From: Selaginella moellendorffii
Lineage: Eukaryota; Plantae; Lycopodiophyta
Direction: 5' to 3'
NCBI RefSeq assembly: GCF_000143415.4
Contig: NW_003314268.1
Span: 2,860,559 to 2,924,558, forward strand
DNA length: 64,000 nt
Shown: piece by piece, positions 62,158 to 64,000 of the stretch
Numbering within the stretch: position 1 is the first letter of the stretch
Layout: each line of letters begins with the position of its first letter
Made by a program: the position numbers and the translations under genes
Notes under the pieces: model-generated
What the model was told of the DNA's origin: nothing
Database searches by the model: none
Seen by the model: the letters and a program-made list of their open reading frames with translations, nothing else

Positions 62158-63890
62158 CCAAATTTTTCTGTACACAAACCAACAAAATTCTCAAGCGTTG
62201 CTGTACACAATTGTACACAAACCAACAAAATTCGCACTGTATATAATTTTGACTTTTGTATTCGGGTAGTTTAGATTTCAATCTCACACAAACATTAAAC
62301 ATTTTGACACTCTTTTGTTGGGACTTTAGCCTCATTGCTGTTATGTTTTTGCATCAATCCCACTTGTCTCTGAAACTCATTGTATTGCATGCATGTAGAA
62401 GTAGGGTCCTTGCTCCGCACTTGGGCTCTATAAACACTTCATATATTGTCACTCTAACCAGTTTCAGTAAAGAATCTTTACTCTTGTTAAATAGACAATT
62501 TATGAAATGAAATGTTAGTCATATCTCTATTGTGGTATTGTTAACCTTTAGTTGATTTAGCTCTTGTAATGTTCTACCTGAGCTGAGGAACTGTCCTGTG
62601 TTTATAGTTATGTTTACCACTGGAAGTCACATTTTGATTGGAAAGTCCGGCTATGTCCTAAAGATTAATAGAGGTTAATGTCAGTTTTGGCTGGTAATTT
62701 GGCCAAATGACAAAAGAAATGCCAATTGCAAGATTTCTGTCTCAAAGAACATTGAAGGAATCAAGTCGTAAAGTTAAGTATATTTAATTATATCTATAAA
62801 ATATCGTATTACTCTAAAGAAAACGCAGAGTTTGTCGCGCAATGATCCAAGTTGCGTGATGGTTACCTCCGCGGCGCTTTTGAGACCAGACAAGTGAACG
62901 ACAGCATCATCACTCTTGATATCTTTGATCGGTGGGAACGAAAACTAAGAAAAGATAATCGATGGCTCGATCAAGCCAAAGCCCATTACACACTGAATCG
63001 GATGTTGTCCTCGTAAACTAACATAAAGTTTAGGCACGAGAGGGGATTTGGACTATGATAGTTTAGTCGGCGTAGCACATGACATGGGATTGTGGCTTTA
63101 GATATAATCACCTAGAACTTTAGTGATCTCGTGAGAGAGAGATTCGCTCCCCATTCGTGCCGGATATTCTCTCGGGGTCTCGGACAAAGCATAGCAAGGC
63201 GGGAAAGTCCTTTCTTTTTTACCAGCGCGTCACGAGAGAAGGCCACGCCAGGCCGGGCGTGGTAATCGTGGCTTTTAACGCCTGCCTAGGCGCTCGTATC
63301 GTAATCGTATGTAAGTATATGGGATAAAACTCGGGCACTATCCACTTCCCCCTTTTCACTTTTTAACCCGGCCGTATTTCGTACCTGGTAATTATGGTAT
63401 TTGGCCTTCTTGAGTGAGCTCTGGTTCTACTCTCTCTCTCTCTTGTTCTTAGATCATCTCTCTAGCATCACTGCCTCTCTAGGGCAACAGTTTGGCGCTT
63501 CTCGTGAAGCGAGCGAGGGAATCTCTAGCTAGCTCCACCGCGCGCCGGGCATGAATTCCTAGAAAATTTACCAGGTGAGCGCTCTTCTTGCTTCCAGGAT
63601 CGTCGAAGCGAGAGCACTGCGGGATTCTTCTTGATATTTTCTCGATTTGTGAGGTTCCCCTGCCGATCGGGTGTGCATTCCTCGGAGAGTTTGGATTCCA
63701 TCGCCGCGCCTGTTCTTGATCCTGGTCCGCGATCGATAGCTGGCAGTATGATCGATCCGCCGAGAGGAAAGGGCTAGATTTTGGCTTGTTGCTGCTCGAA
63801 TGCGCGATTCTTGATGCTTCTCTCGCCCAGGAAATTTCGATTCTAACACCGGCGCCTTGGCACAGATCGCGGTCGGCGCCTGGATCGATC

Positions 63891-64000
63891 ATGGATCCTT
63901 GCAACTGCATTGACCCGCTGTGGCCGGCCGAGGATCTCCTCATCAGGTACCAATACGTGGCCGACATCTTCATCGCCCTGGCCTACTTCTCCATCCCGAT
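63891..64000 (+). CDS. ETR1: Ethylene receptor subfamily I (ETR1/ERS1-like), 3'-partial
   Basis: [36 protein letters not shown]; probable 5'UTR intron ~63575-63865. Confidence 0.92.
   Translation, partial: MDPCNCIDPLWPAEDLLIRYQYVADIFIALAYFSIP

Noticed and set aside
63243-63290. GC hairpin CCACGCC/GGCGTGG followed by CTAG as a Helitron 3' end
   Set aside because: Spacing to CTAG is too long, and there is no matching 5' end or second copy.
1-64000. CRISPR array or prokaryotic operon
   Set aside because: No repeat-spacer array; genes carry spliceosomal introns and are plant-type.

Overview
Eukaryotic land-plant genomic DNA. The very compact genes with 45-60 nt introns suggest a lycophyte such as Selaginella (inference). 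The left half (1-33 kb) is accessory. It starts with a 5'-partial gene whose product appears to fuse a PD-(D/E)xK nuclease-like domain to an atypical kinase (Crinkler/CR-effector-like), followed by AT-rich decayed DNA and a 100-N gap. Next is a ~8.1-kb tandem triplication of [intronless HAD/FCP-SCP-like phosphatase (+), CCR-like reductase (-), DUF3754 gene (+)]. The DUF3754 gene is intact only in copy 3; copies 1 and 2 are truncated against a decayed Ty3/gypsy remnant. A full-length short-LTR Ty3/gypsy element (21989-26998, 4-bp TSD, tRNA-Ala PBS) is inserted in copy 3 and carries a clear -1 frameshift signal (GGGAAAC plus H-type pseudoknot). A 25-bp mini-LTR with its own TSD lies just upstream of it. 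The right half is gene-dense and conserved: ALDH3, tRNA-Ser, CHLH, MIOX, LLM B-GATA, ERdj3A-like DnaJ, NUP205, tRNA-Ser, ORP1, a small orphan ORF, a FRD3-type MATE and the start of an ETR1-type ethylene receptor. Exon structures and family calls were made by eye without database searches.
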